Of a DNA stretch of 20,000 nt, positions 9,755-17,860 are shown one piece after another (the stretch's first letter is position 1; each line of letters starts with the position of its first letter). Made by a program: the position numbers and the translations under genes. The stretch is from an uncultured virus (IMG/VR IMGVR_UViG_3300046750_000723) (Duplodnaviria; Heunggongvirae; Uroviricota; Caudoviricetes): the IMG/VR virus record IMGVR_UViG_3300046750_000723; one strand, 5' to 3'. The notes beneath the pieces are model-generated. The model had not been told where the DNA came from, did no database searches, and was given only the letters and a program-made list of their open reading frames with translations.

Positions 9755-10087
9755 ATGTACGAAAACAGAAGATGGTTAGTAATACCAACAACATTAATAG
9801 ATACAATTGATTTCAATCAAGTACTTGAGTCATCATCAGAATCATTAAGATTTTCTGTAGATGGTTCAAAAACTTTTATTAAATATGAGGTTAATGTGGT
9901 AACAGAAGAATATAATGAGGAATATCAAGACGCCGAAGACCCTACAATAATTTATACTAATACAATAGAAGTTGGAGTTTATGGTAGACCTTCAATTTAT
10001 TCTGAAGAGTACCAAGAATATAACCACAAGGAAATCTTAGAATTATTAAGGTCTCCTGAGTGGAGTCCAAGTAATGATATTCAATAA
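9755..10087 (+). CDS. Small acidic hypothetical phage protein (110 aa)
   Basis: Clean ORF filling the gap between two LamG genes with 4-nt and 2-nt spacers. Motifs IDFNQVLE, LRFSVDGSKTFIKY, EILELLRSPEW. Confidence 0.8.
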   Translation: MYENRRWLVIPTTLIDTIDFNQVLESSSESLRFSVDGSKTFIKYEVNVVTEEYNEEYQDAEDPTIIYTNTIEVGVYGRPSIYSEEYQEYNHKEILELLRSPEWSPSNDIQ

Positions 10088-10089
10088 AG

Positions 10090-11322
10090 ATGGGTGTATC
10101 GTCAGGTCCTAAAATAAAGAGAGATGGGTTGGTAATTTCCTTAGACTCGGGAAGTTCAATACGAGGGTTCACACCTAACGGTACATATTCTGCGGATAAC
10201 ATTATTAAAAATTTAATTGATAAGAGTGAATACCCAAGTACCTTCTCTCCACACTTAACTGATGCACAATATTATACTTTATATGCCATAACTTACCCTG
10301 AAGGTAACTATAGTCCCGCATATAGAGATGGTGTCACACCAGGTCATAACGTACAATTCGGAAATATGACTTATGGTGCTAGTAGGTCACTTAACTATTA
10401 TGTTCATGATGGAGTTGATTGGGTACCTGATTCCTATTTCACAGGAATGAGAATAAATGGTCATTGTTATGATTTATATTCATCTACGGATTATGTTAGT
10501 GAGTCAAATAAATTTTTAGATGATTATGAGATAATCAAATCAAATTTTCCTGATGCTACTCACGTAATAATTGCAAGTCATGCAAATGATAGATATGATG
10601 TTACGGGAATTAGAGAGACTTTGGTGGATTTGGGGGCACCTAAAGAAGTTTTAACATGGGCAAATGGAAGGAGAGAATTTGTTTTAGTTGGTAGACCTGG
10701 TTTAGGTGCAGGAAATGCATTCGGATGGGGTTATGAGAATGAATCGGGAGGTGCGGTTGCACATTTAAATAGTGTAATACCCTATGAAACCCCTACTGCG
10801 AATTTTACTTTTGATGGAACTAATGAGTTTATTGATTTCGGGAGTGATATAATGTTATCACCAAATAATAAAGGATGGACAGCCGAATATGTTTTTTATA
10901 CTCATAGTGCGTCCACCTTACAACATTTTAACTCTGCGGAAGCGGACGATTTTAACGCTAATTGGTTAGCAATATACCAATCGAAATTAGCGGTTTGGGA
11001 TCATGGGCAAGGGGTATGGAAATATGGTAACACGGTATTTAATAGTGATACTTGGTACCATGTTGCGTTCGTCCAAAAATCAGGAACTAGTATGCAGTAC
11101 TATGTTAATGGTGAACCTGAGGGGGGTGACCACACGTCGTTTTCCTTTTCATCAAGTTTTAGTGCTTTGAAAACAAGATACGTTGGTAGATATGAATATA
11201 ATGGTGGTTATTCAAGATATTTTAACGGTGAGATGCCGGTAATCAAACTGTACAAACAACCTTTAGATGATAACCAAATTAAAAGAAATTTTAATTCTTA
11301 TAAAAGAAGATTTAATATATAA
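10090..11322 (+). CDS. LamG-like lectin protein 2 (410 aa) with possible inserted ILEI/GG-type domain
   Basis: N-term MGVSSGPKIKRDGLVISLD. LamG motifs FDGTNEF, WYHVAFV, YYVNG, YFNGEM; C-term KRRFNI. The insert contains HVIIASH...LVDLGA...REFVLVGRPG. Confidence 0.78.
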   Translation: MGVSSGPKIKRDGLVISLDSGSSIRGFTPNGTYSADNIIKNLIDKSEYPSTFSPHLTDAQYYTLYAITYPEGNYSPAYRDGVTPGHNVQFGNMTYGASRSLNYYVHDGVDWVPDSYFTGMRINGHCYDLYSSTDYVSESNKFLDDYEIIKSNFPDATHVIIASHANDRYDVTGIRETLVDLGAPKEVLTWANGRREFVLVGRPGLGAGNAFGWGYENESGGAVAHLNSVIPYETPTANFTFDGTNEFIDFGSDIMLSPNNKGWTAEYVFYTHSASTLQHFNSAEADDFNANWLAIYQSKLAVWDHGQGVWKYGNTVFNSDTWYHVAFVQKSGTSMQYYVNGEPEGGDHTSFSFSSSFSALKTRYVGRYEYNGGYSRYFNGEMPVIKLYKQPLDDNQIKRNFNSYKRRFNI

Positions 11323-12701
11323 TGAATATAGGATCAAAAATACATACAGACAACTTAGTATTATCGGTGGATGCTCAAAGTATAAGATCGACATTAAGGA
11401 ATTTACAAACAAGTAACATTCTTACAGATCCGGGGTTTTGGCAAACAGGTACTGGAGGTTTTACGGGGTATGGTTCTAATGGAAGTTCCACCGAACAATT
11501 AAGGGCGGTAATTTCTGATGATCCTTGGGGTAGACAATCGGTTATTTGGAGAACAACACCCGATGCAACTTCAGGTGCTGATGGTGGTTGGAATAGTAGT
11601 TATTATAATGTTGATGTACAATACACTTACAGGTATTCTGTTTGGGTTAGACGACATACTTCAGGAACGGGAGGTACCTTTTACATGGGAATGAACCCAA
11701 ACCCAATAAGAAATGATAACGGATCCTCTCAAGGTAATCCTTATTTTACATACCCATCAATTTCAAATTTAATACATAATCAATGGTATTTGGTGGTTGC
11801 TCACGTATTTTATGCGGGTTATAGTGGTGGTAGACATCCTAAATCGGGGTGGTATGAAAATGGGACTAAAATAAGTGATAAAAGTTATGGTAATTGTGGT
11901 GATCAAGACACCAGATGGAATGAAACAACCACATCGGCACAACACAGAACTTATCATTTTTATACAACAAACACGTCATCGGGGCTTGAATTTGCATATC
12001 CAAGAATCGACAAAATTGACGGTAATGAACCAACAATTGAACAATTATTATTTAGGGGGGAATCAAGTTTTAAAAGTTTAGGATCGGACAAACAATATAT
12101 GACACCTAATAACTCGGGAGAGTTTTCAAGTATGAGAGATGGTTATAGACAATTAAACTATTTTGATATGGACGGTACTGATGATTATATTTCGGTGGAT
12201 CCAATTACATATTCACCATCACAAAGTTGGACTGCGGAAGTGGTATTTAACCCTTGGGATGTTAATGATGGTAGTTGGTCTGGTATATTCGGAGGAGACT
12301 TAGGTAATGGTGGATATTGGATGTTTCATAGTAATCAATTGACATACTATGAAGGTTACAATGGTAGTTCCCAAATAAAATACACTGGTTGGACTAAGGC
12401 GTCGGTTTTCCCTCAAGGTAGATTCTATCATCTAACCATTGTTTATGAATCTACAGGATCTAATCAAGGAACATTTACATTATATAAGAATGGTAATGAA
12501 AAAACAACAACGTTTGGTTGGACGTTCACTCATGGAGAAAGTCTAGGTTTACATTCTTTAGGAAGAGGAGCAACTAATAGACCAGGTACTAATGATATTT
12601 TATCATTTAGATTATGGAGTAAAAATTTAAGTTCAGATCAAGTTCAAGAGAACTATGATGCACAAAAAAATAAAATTAATATGGGTACTTATCCGGTTTA
12701 A
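11322..12701 (+). CDS. LamG-like lectin protein 3 (459 aa) with Trp/Tyr-rich inserted domain
   Basis: TAATG-coupled start; N-term MNIGSKIHTDNLVLSVD. Insert DGGWNS...YRYSVWVRR...QWYLVV...PRIDKIDGNEPTIEQLL. LamG motifs MDGTDDY, FYHLTIVY, LYKNG, LSSDQVQENY. Confidence 0.78.
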   Translation: MNIGSKIHTDNLVLSVDAQSIRSTLRNLQTSNILTDPGFWQTGTGGFTGYGSNGSSTEQLRAVISDDPWGRQSVIWRTTPDATSGADGGWNSSYYNVDVQYTYRYSVWVRRHTSGTGGTFYMGMNPNPIRNDNGSSQGNPYFTYPSISNLIHNQWYLVVAHVFYAGYSGGRHPKSGWYENGTKISDKSYGNCGDQDTRWNETTTSAQHRTYHFYTTNTSSGLEFAYPRIDKIDGNEPTIEQLLFRGESSFKSLGSDKQYMTPNNSGEFSSMRDGYRQLNYFDMDGTDDYISVDPITYSPSQSWTAEVVFNPWDVNDGSWSGIFGGDLGNGGYWMFHSNQLTYYEGYNGSSQIKYTGWTKASVFPQGRFYHLTIVYESTGSNQGTFTLYKNGNEKTTTFGWTFTHGESLGLHSLGRGATNRPGTNDILSFRLWSKNLSSDQVQENYDAQKNKINMGTYPV

Positions 12702-12715
12702 AAAAGTAAAGTGAT

Positions 12716-12937
12716 ATGGGAATAATACCAGCAACAGGGTCAGAAGTAAGTATGGGTAGAATATCTAGAGCATTAGGTACTTCTACATCATATCCACCCC
12801 CATCACAAATTAAACTTAACGGTACTTTAGGTATTAATAGAAGTAATGCTATTACAAACATATCATCTATCATATCAGGGTCTTCAACTGAAGAGTCGGG
12901 TGATTTCGGGGGGTTAGATACACCGAACAACTATTAA
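12716..12937 (+). CDS. Small Ser/Gly-rich hypothetical virion-associated protein (73 aa)
   Basis: ORF fills the gap between genes. IPATGSEVSMGRI...GDFGG resembles the short N-terminal anchor segment of phage fibre-tip adhesins (recognition by eye). Confidence 0.65.
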   Translation: MGIIPATGSEVSMGRISRALGTSTSYPPPSQIKLNGTLGINRSNAITNISSIISGSSTEESGDFGGLDTPNNY

Positions 12938-12970
12938 CCTTTAAAAACTAAGTTATTTTATTTATATTAA
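12938..12970 (+). promoter_or_regulatory. Putative promoter (TTTAAA-N17-TATATT), paralogous to 17088-17120
   Basis: 12954-12970 TATTTTATTTATATTAA matches 17104-17120 TATTTTCTTTATATTAA at 16/17 nt. It lies in the longest intergenic gap and also contains TATTTATA at 12959-12966. Confidence 0.55.
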
Positions 12971-12985
12971 GTTATATATATAAAA

Positions 12986-13432
12986 ATGAAACTTAGATTC
13001 AAAAACAAACTTTCAAAATACGAAACACTCTATATAAAATGGGAGGGTGTACAATACGATCGTAAAATCCTAAGGAGATTCGTTAGACGATTCAGGTGGA
13101 TTAAGTTCCTATCAATATTCAGTACTACATATAAAAAAGAGTTGGAATTTATGATCAATATTGTAGATCACTATGGTAGGGTTAAAATATTTAACCTACT
13201 AAGTAATGATGAAACAACCTCAAGATTATCTCACATTGAAAGATTATCAAGGAATGGGTCAATAGAAATACTAACCTCAGGAACATACAACACAGACACA
13301 TATAAACAAATAAGTAACCTACCAAAGAGTGATTTTGATTTGGTAACCAAGAGAGTACAGGAACTCATAAAAATAGGACAATCTGTTTATGTTCAAAATG
13401 ATGGATTGGGAGAAAACTTACCGGGAGATTGA
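12986..13432 (+). CDS. Basic hypothetical protein (148 aa)
   Basis: ORF after an AT-rich gap, K/R-rich N-half, coupled to the next gene by a TTGA overlap. No function recognised. Confidence 0.75.
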   Translation: MKLRFKNKLSKYETLYIKWEGVQYDRKILRRFVRRFRWIKFLSIFSTTYKKELEFMINIVDHYGRVKIFNLLSNDETTSRLSHIERLSRNGSIEILTSGTYNTDTYKQISNLPKSDFDLVTKRVQELIKIGQSVYVQNDGLGENLPGD

Positions 13433-14076
13433 AATCAAAGAATAACACATCAATATGGATAAATCAACCTAAAAGAATATCTATTGTCGTTCCGACAAGG
13501 GATATGGTTCATAGTGGTTTTGCATTCTCATTAACTCAACTAATAAAAACTTCTGAAAATGCGGGAATTGAAACATTCCTATTCTTTAACTCAGGATCTG
13601 TATTATTAAATCAGAGAGAGAAATTAGTTAAATCGTCTATGGAGGTTGAATCCGACTACACGTTATGGTTAGATAGTGACATGACCTTCCCATCGACCAC
13701 ATTATTAAGACTATTATCACATGATAAAGAGATAGTGGGATGTAACTACAAAAAAAGATCTAACCCACAGACACCTGTTGCATATAGAGAAATTGGTAAT
13801 TGGGATAGTTGGGTTTCTTTAGACGAAAAGAAGGATCTTGTCAAAGTTGAGGGTGTTGGTATGGGTTGTATATTAATAAAGACAGATTTATTCAAAGAAA
13901 TTAATAAACCTTACTTTGAATTCACTTATAATAAGGAAACCGATGATTGGTTAGGTGAAGATTTTAACTTATTTACTAAGTTTAGAAATATTGGTAAAAA
14001 TATATACATAGATACCAATTTGAGTAGAGAAATAGGTCACTTAGGAATTTACAAATTTGGTTCATCAAACCAATAG
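13429..14076 (+). CDS. GT-A fold glycosyltransferase (GT2-like, 215 aa)
   Basis: ISIVVPTRD, REKLV, DYTLWLDSDM (DxD), GVGMGCILIK, GEDFNL and IGHLG motifs. TTG start overlaps the upstream TGA, so the exact start is uncertain. Confidence 0.85.
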   Translation: MKSKNNTSIWINQPKRISIVVPTRDMVHSGFAFSLTQLIKTSENAGIETFLFFNSGSVLLNQREKLVKSSMEVESDYTLWLDSDMTFPSTTLLRLLSHDKEIVGCNYKKRSNPQTPVAYREIGNWDSWVSLDEKKDLVKVEGVGMGCILIKTDLFKEINKPYFEFTYNKETDDWLGEDFNLFTKFRNIGKNIYIDTNLSREIGHLGIYKFGSSNQ

Positions 14077-14080
14077 ATTA

Positions 14081-14090
14081 GATATTTATA
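14081..14090 (+). promoter_or_regulatory. Possible late-promoter-like element GATATTTATA before the resumed structural genes
   Basis: It occupies most of the 17-nt gap and ends 3 nt before ATG 14094. The same TATTTATA octamer occurs at 12959. Confidence 0.3.
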
Positions 14091-14093
14091 GTT

Positions 14094-14768
14094 ATGGGAA
14101 TATTCAGAGGTGCACACACAAATAGTGTTCAGGCTAATTTAATTTTAGATGCGGCGTCACAAAGATCATATCCGGGTAGTGGTACTACTTGGTACGATTT
14201 GAGTGGTAATGGTCACAATGCGGATATTATCGGTTCCCCAACTCATGGGGAATTAGGTGGTGCTAAATGTTTCATATTAGATGCGGTGGGAAAACGATTT
14301 AACGCCAATACCGATAATAATAGAACTACAAATGATCTAACATTGGAAGCATGGATATATCCTCAAGACGAAGTAAGTTCAGGAGATAGAGGTGCAGTAA
14401 TTCAGGGGTATTGTTATTTAAGTTGGAATAAGTCAAATAGAAGATTAAGTAATTATTGGTATTCGGCAAGTCCAAGTGGATATCATGAACCAACAACACA
14501 AATGGATCGAAACAGGTGGCATCACTTAATGTCGGTATGGGATTCCTCAACGGGAAAACTTTATCAGTACATAAATGGTGTTTTAGAAAATACCGTAACA
14601 ACATCCACAACTACGGGGACATACTATTCTGACCTTAATATTGGTTGGGAGGGTGACAGTAGACAATTTTCAGGTGGAATATCAGTGATTAAGGTTTATA
14701 ATAACACTGTAAGTGGTGACCAAGTTTTACAAAACTATAATGCACAAAAATCGAGATTTGGATTATGA
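14094..14768 (+). CDS. LamG-like lectin protein 4 (224 aa, no large insert)
   Basis: LILDAASQRSYPGSGTTWYDLSGNG, TLEAWIYP, WHHLMSVWD, QYING, FSGGISVIKVYN; C-term QNYNAQKSRFGL. Confidence 0.88.
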   Translation: MGIFRGAHTNSVQANLILDAASQRSYPGSGTTWYDLSGNGHNADIIGSPTHGELGGAKCFILDAVGKRFNANTDNNRTTNDLTLEAWIYPQDEVSSGDRGAVIQGYCYLSWNKSNRRLSNYWYSASPSGYHEPTTQMDRNRWHHLMSVWDSSTGKLYQYINGVLENTVTTSTTTGTYYSDLNIGWEGDSRQFSGGISVIKVYNNTVSGDQVLQNYNAQKSRFGL

Positions 14769-14881
14769 AAATAATAGAAGAAGGTATAAATAAAGATGGT
14801 GTACGGTGTTGGTTTGTCTTGGAAGATGCAAACTTAGTCGGTGTATACGAAACATTAGAAGAGGCAGAACAGAATTTATAA
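14765..14881 (+). CDS. Small acidic protein (38 aa), not in the ORF track
   Basis: MKIIEEGINKDGVRCWFVLEDANLVGVYETLEEAEQNL*. It starts in an ATGA overlap with the upstream stop and ends in a TAATG overlap with the next start. Confidence 0.75.
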   Translation: MKIIEEGINKDGVRCWFVLEDANLVGVYETLEEAEQNL

Positions 14882-15588
14882 TGGGAATACACTTAGGACC
14901 AAACATACCTAAAGAAGGTTTAATTTTTTCAGTAGATCCTGCGAGTACAAAATCGTGGGATGGTCTTAATTATAGAAATACCGCACATTCAGATGATAGT
15001 ACGACCATTACAGGAACAATTACACACGTAACCGATGGTGGTGGGACATTTACCTTTGGTGCAAATGGTAGTTATTTTAATTATGGGACAACAAGTCCCC
15101 TACGAAATCTATACGATGTCTCATTAGTTGGTTGGGTTAAACAGGGAAGTACTGGTGCCCCACACCAAACCGTGATAGGAACTTCAAGTAGTTATTTATA
15201 CGGTCTTAAATTAATGAGTAGGTATCACGGAGCGGCCGCGGCTTGGATGGGTGATGGTGGTGGTGCATCTCATTTACTAAGTTCCAATGTAGATATAACA
15301 GGTGATGGAGAATATCATTTATTGGTTTGTACACGAAATGGTGGTACAGGTGACATCAAAATTTATGTTGACGGTGTTTTAAAAAATACTGTTGGATTTA
15401 CAAACACAAATGGAAATTTTAGAGGAGGGGTTAATGATAGTGGTAACACATTACTTGGTGCTGATTATCACTCCGCAGGTTATTATCACACGGGTAATAT
15501 AGGTCAGGTATATGGGTACAATGTTACATTGTCTGATGATGAAATTTTACAAATATATAATAACGGTAAAGAAAGGTACGGATTATGA
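14881..15588 (+). CDS. LamG-like lectin protein 5 (235 aa; start revised from 14806)
   Basis: ATG 14881 gives MGIHLGPNIPKEGLIFSVD, matching the paralog N-termini. Motifs SLVGWVK, YHLLVCTR, IYVDG, LSDDEILQIY; C-term KERYGL. Confidence 0.85.
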   Translation: MGIHLGPNIPKEGLIFSVDPASTKSWDGLNYRNTAHSDDSTTITGTITHVTDGGGTFTFGANGSYFNYGTTSPLRNLYDVSLVGWVKQGSTGAPHQTVIGTSSSYLYGLKLMSRYHGAAAAWMGDGGGASHLLSSNVDITGDGEYHLLVCTRNGGTGDIKIYVDGVLKNTVGFTNTNGNFRGGVNDSGNTLLGADYHSAGYYHTGNIGQVYGYNVTLSDDEILQIYNNGKERYGL

Positions 15589-17087
15589 AAATAGGTGGTG
15601 GTCTAAATAATGAAAATTTGGTTTTTGGTTATGATTCCCAAGGTTTCTCCTTTGGTGGTGAACCAACAACTAATTTAGTACCCTCACCTCAACATAATAG
15701 TAATTTCACCATTCAAAATGGTTGGAGTACCTACAACACCAATCAATATAATAGTAATACCTACTTCTCAATAGGTACAATTCAATCGGTAGCTAATAAT
15801 ATAGTAATTTTAGGTACGGTTGGACGGACTATCAGAAGTTTTGATGTTCTGAAACCACAAACAAGTGGTGGTGGGGTAACCGCAGGTACTAATTACGTTA
15901 TTAAAAAAATAAACAATACTGATTCATTCACTTTACATGAATATAATTCATCTCAAAACGGTTCTCAAGGATATATAAACCCTGACACGGGATTTTTTAA
16001 AGTTCATGATGCATATGTAAATGACACAAGAATATCAATAAATGCAACTAACTTCCCAACGATGTGGTGGGGAGGACCACACCTTCCAAATTCGGGATTA
16101 ATTAAGGAGATAGTACCAAACGAAGGAATAAGACACGGTACTAATGCAATGAGATTACATGCGTATAGACCCGATGGTGTAGTTGATGGTATGGCTTATG
16201 GTGTTAATACACCTGTAACTCAAGGTGATGTGGTCACTGTAAGTGTATGGTTAAAATTAGCGGACGGAAGAGGTGAAGGTAAATCTTTGGGGTACTCGAC
16301 GTATTTTGGTTCGGGGTTTTCAGGTAGTTCAACTTCATTTGGACCACTTACAACACAATGGAAGAAATATGAATTTAGTTGGACGGCATCAAACACCTAT
16401 TCCTTTATATCATATTGGTGGCCAAACACACCAACCCAACCATACGCAATTGATATGTGTGATTTTATGGTTGAGATTAATAAAGATGAGGCAACAAAAT
16501 TCACTCAAGGTACACGATCAAACACTGAATCATTAATTGATATTAAGGGTAACCAAACATTAGACACAACAAATATTTCTTGGACATCTGATGGTTATCC
16601 CGAATTTAATGGTAGTTCTAATTATATTGACATAGATAGTGTTACTTTAGGTAATGGTAGTTGGGCTATAGAGGTTATTGTAAACGCACATAGTTCCAGT
16701 TATTCAATATTATCTAATAATTCGGGAGGTCCCGTTACAAACGCATTTGGGATATATGGTAATAAGATGCATTATAGAAATTATGATGGATCATGGAAAA
16801 ACCACAACAGTAATATTACGGTAAACTATAATGAATATTATCATTTAGTATGGGTGAATAGGGGTTATAACTCTTCAATGGACCTTTACATAAACGGTGT
16901 TAAAGACAGTACCTCAGGATTTAATAGTTATACAACAAATGGTGGTCCTGTGAATAGTATAGGTAAAAGTTGGAACGCTTATTTCGATGGTACCATACCT
17001 GTATTTAGAAGATACAATAATGAATTGTCAGATAATGAGGTATATCAAAATTATATCTCATTTAAAACACCATTTGGTTTAGATTAG
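15585..17087 (+). CDS. LamG-like lectin protein 6 (500 aa) with large inserted CBM-like region
   Basis: ATGA-coupled; N-term MKIGGGLNNENLVFGYD. Insert has TVSVWLK and LTTQWKKY. LamG motifs FNGSSNY, YYHLVWV, LYING, YFDG, LSDNEVYQNY; C-term KTPFGLD. Confidence 0.8.
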   Translation: MKIGGGLNNENLVFGYDSQGFSFGGEPTTNLVPSPQHNSNFTIQNGWSTYNTNQYNSNTYFSIGTIQSVANNIVILGTVGRTIRSFDVLKPQTSGGGVTAGTNYVIKKINNTDSFTLHEYNSSQNGSQGYINPDTGFFKVHDAYVNDTRISINATNFPTMWWGGPHLPNSGLIKEIVPNEGIRHGTNAMRLHAYRPDGVVDGMAYGVNTPVTQGDVVTVSVWLKLADGRGEGKSLGYSTYFGSGFSGSSTSFGPLTTQWKKYEFSWTASNTYSFISYWWPNTPTQPYAIDMCDFMVEINKDEATKFTQGTRSNTESLIDIKGNQTLDTTNISWTSDGYPEFNGSSNYIDIDSVTLGNGSWAIEVIVNAHSSSYSILSNNSGGPVTNAFGIYGNKMHYRNYDGSWKNHNSNITVNYNEYYHLVWVNRGYNSSMDLYINGVKDSTSGFNSYTTNGGPVNSIGKSWNAYFDGTIPVFRRYNNELSDNEVYQNYISFKTPFGLD

Positions 17088-17120
17088 ACTTGTTTTTTTA
17101 GTATATTTTCTTTATATTAA
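17088..17120 (+). promoter_or_regulatory. Putative sigma70-like promoter (TTGTTT-N17-TATATT)
   Basis: TTGTTT at 17090-17095, a 17-nt spacer, TATATT at 17113-17118 and ATG at 17126. 17104-17120 is 16/17 identical to 12954-12970. Confidence 0.6.
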
Positions 17121-17125
17121 TACCT

Positions 17126-17860
17126 ATGGAGAACATAGGTTTCGGAATTATGTGCTTCGGTGATGATAAATACTTCAAAGGAGCAAAGGATATTATAGAC
17201 AACCTCACTAAGATGGGGTTTCCTTGTTATGTACTTACCGATAATGAAAACCACTTTTTAGAGAAGTATTGGGGGAGGATAACCATAGTTCCTTATAAGA
17301 GAACATACAAATCATATTATGATAAGGTTCTTTTAGTAAAAGAAATTCATAGAGTTCACGACGTATGTATTTTATTAGATGCCGACTTATACGTCAAAGA
17401 TTACAATTTATTTGAGAGATTCAGAAATTACAACTTCAAAGACGGTGTTTCATATATAGATACCTTATGGAATCATAGTGCAAAATTTAAAACTGTAGGT
17501 GATATCCCAATGCAGGGAGATGAATGGTTAGAGTATAAAAATTATGCTAAATCGTTATATCCTAATATAGATAACTTAGAAACACTTTGGGAATATTTTA
17601 TTGTATTCAATAAAAGTGGTTTTAAAACTAATGATTTTTTTAAATCATATGAGAAATTACAAATAGTAAAAGAATATTGTGATTTAAGGTACAATAAAGA
17701 TGTTTCGGGTGCTGGTGAAGGGGTATCCGTGTCCATTGCATGTAAATTGAATCAAATACCCATACAAAAAGATTTAAAATTGGTTTCATTAACAAGTAAT
17801 GTATTAAAACCCATCACAAGACATACTCCAAGTAGAGAAATACCTCATCACTTAAAATGA
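17126..17860 (+). CDS. Putative GT-A fold nucleotide-sugar transferase (244 aa)
   Basis: N-terminal strand-helix (IGFGIMCFGDDKYF), YVLTD, YYDK, CILLDAD (DxD) and a late GEG motif. Family not determined. Confidence 0.6.
   Translation: MENIGFGIMCFGDDKYFKGAKDIIDNLTKMGFPCYVLTDNENHFLEKYWGRITIVPYKRTYKSYYDKVLLVKEIHRVHDVCILLDADLYVKDYNLFERFRNYNFKDGVSYIDTLWNHSAKFKTVGDIPMQGDEWLEYKNYAKSLYPNIDNLETLWEYFIVFNKSGFKTNDFFKSYEKLQIVKEYCDLRYNKDVSGAGEGVSVSIACKLNQIPIQKDLKLVSLTSNVLKPITRHTPSREIPHHLK

Noticed and set aside
12664..12701. Possible frameshift at the A7 run near the end of lectin 3
   Set aside because: The in-frame QKNKINM aligns with paralog endings (YKNRFNL, YKRRFNI), leaving only a 5-aa extension.
14806..14880. 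25-aa N-terminal extension of lectin 5 from GTG 14806
   Set aside because: ATG 14881 matches the paralog N-termini, and the region is better explained by the coupled 38-aa ORF in another frame.
1..17087. Diversity-generating retroelement acting on the fibre or lectins
   Set aside because: No reverse transcriptase and no non-coding template repeat in the window. Repeat differences are mostly synonymous and not adenine-specific. A remote DGR cannot be excluded.
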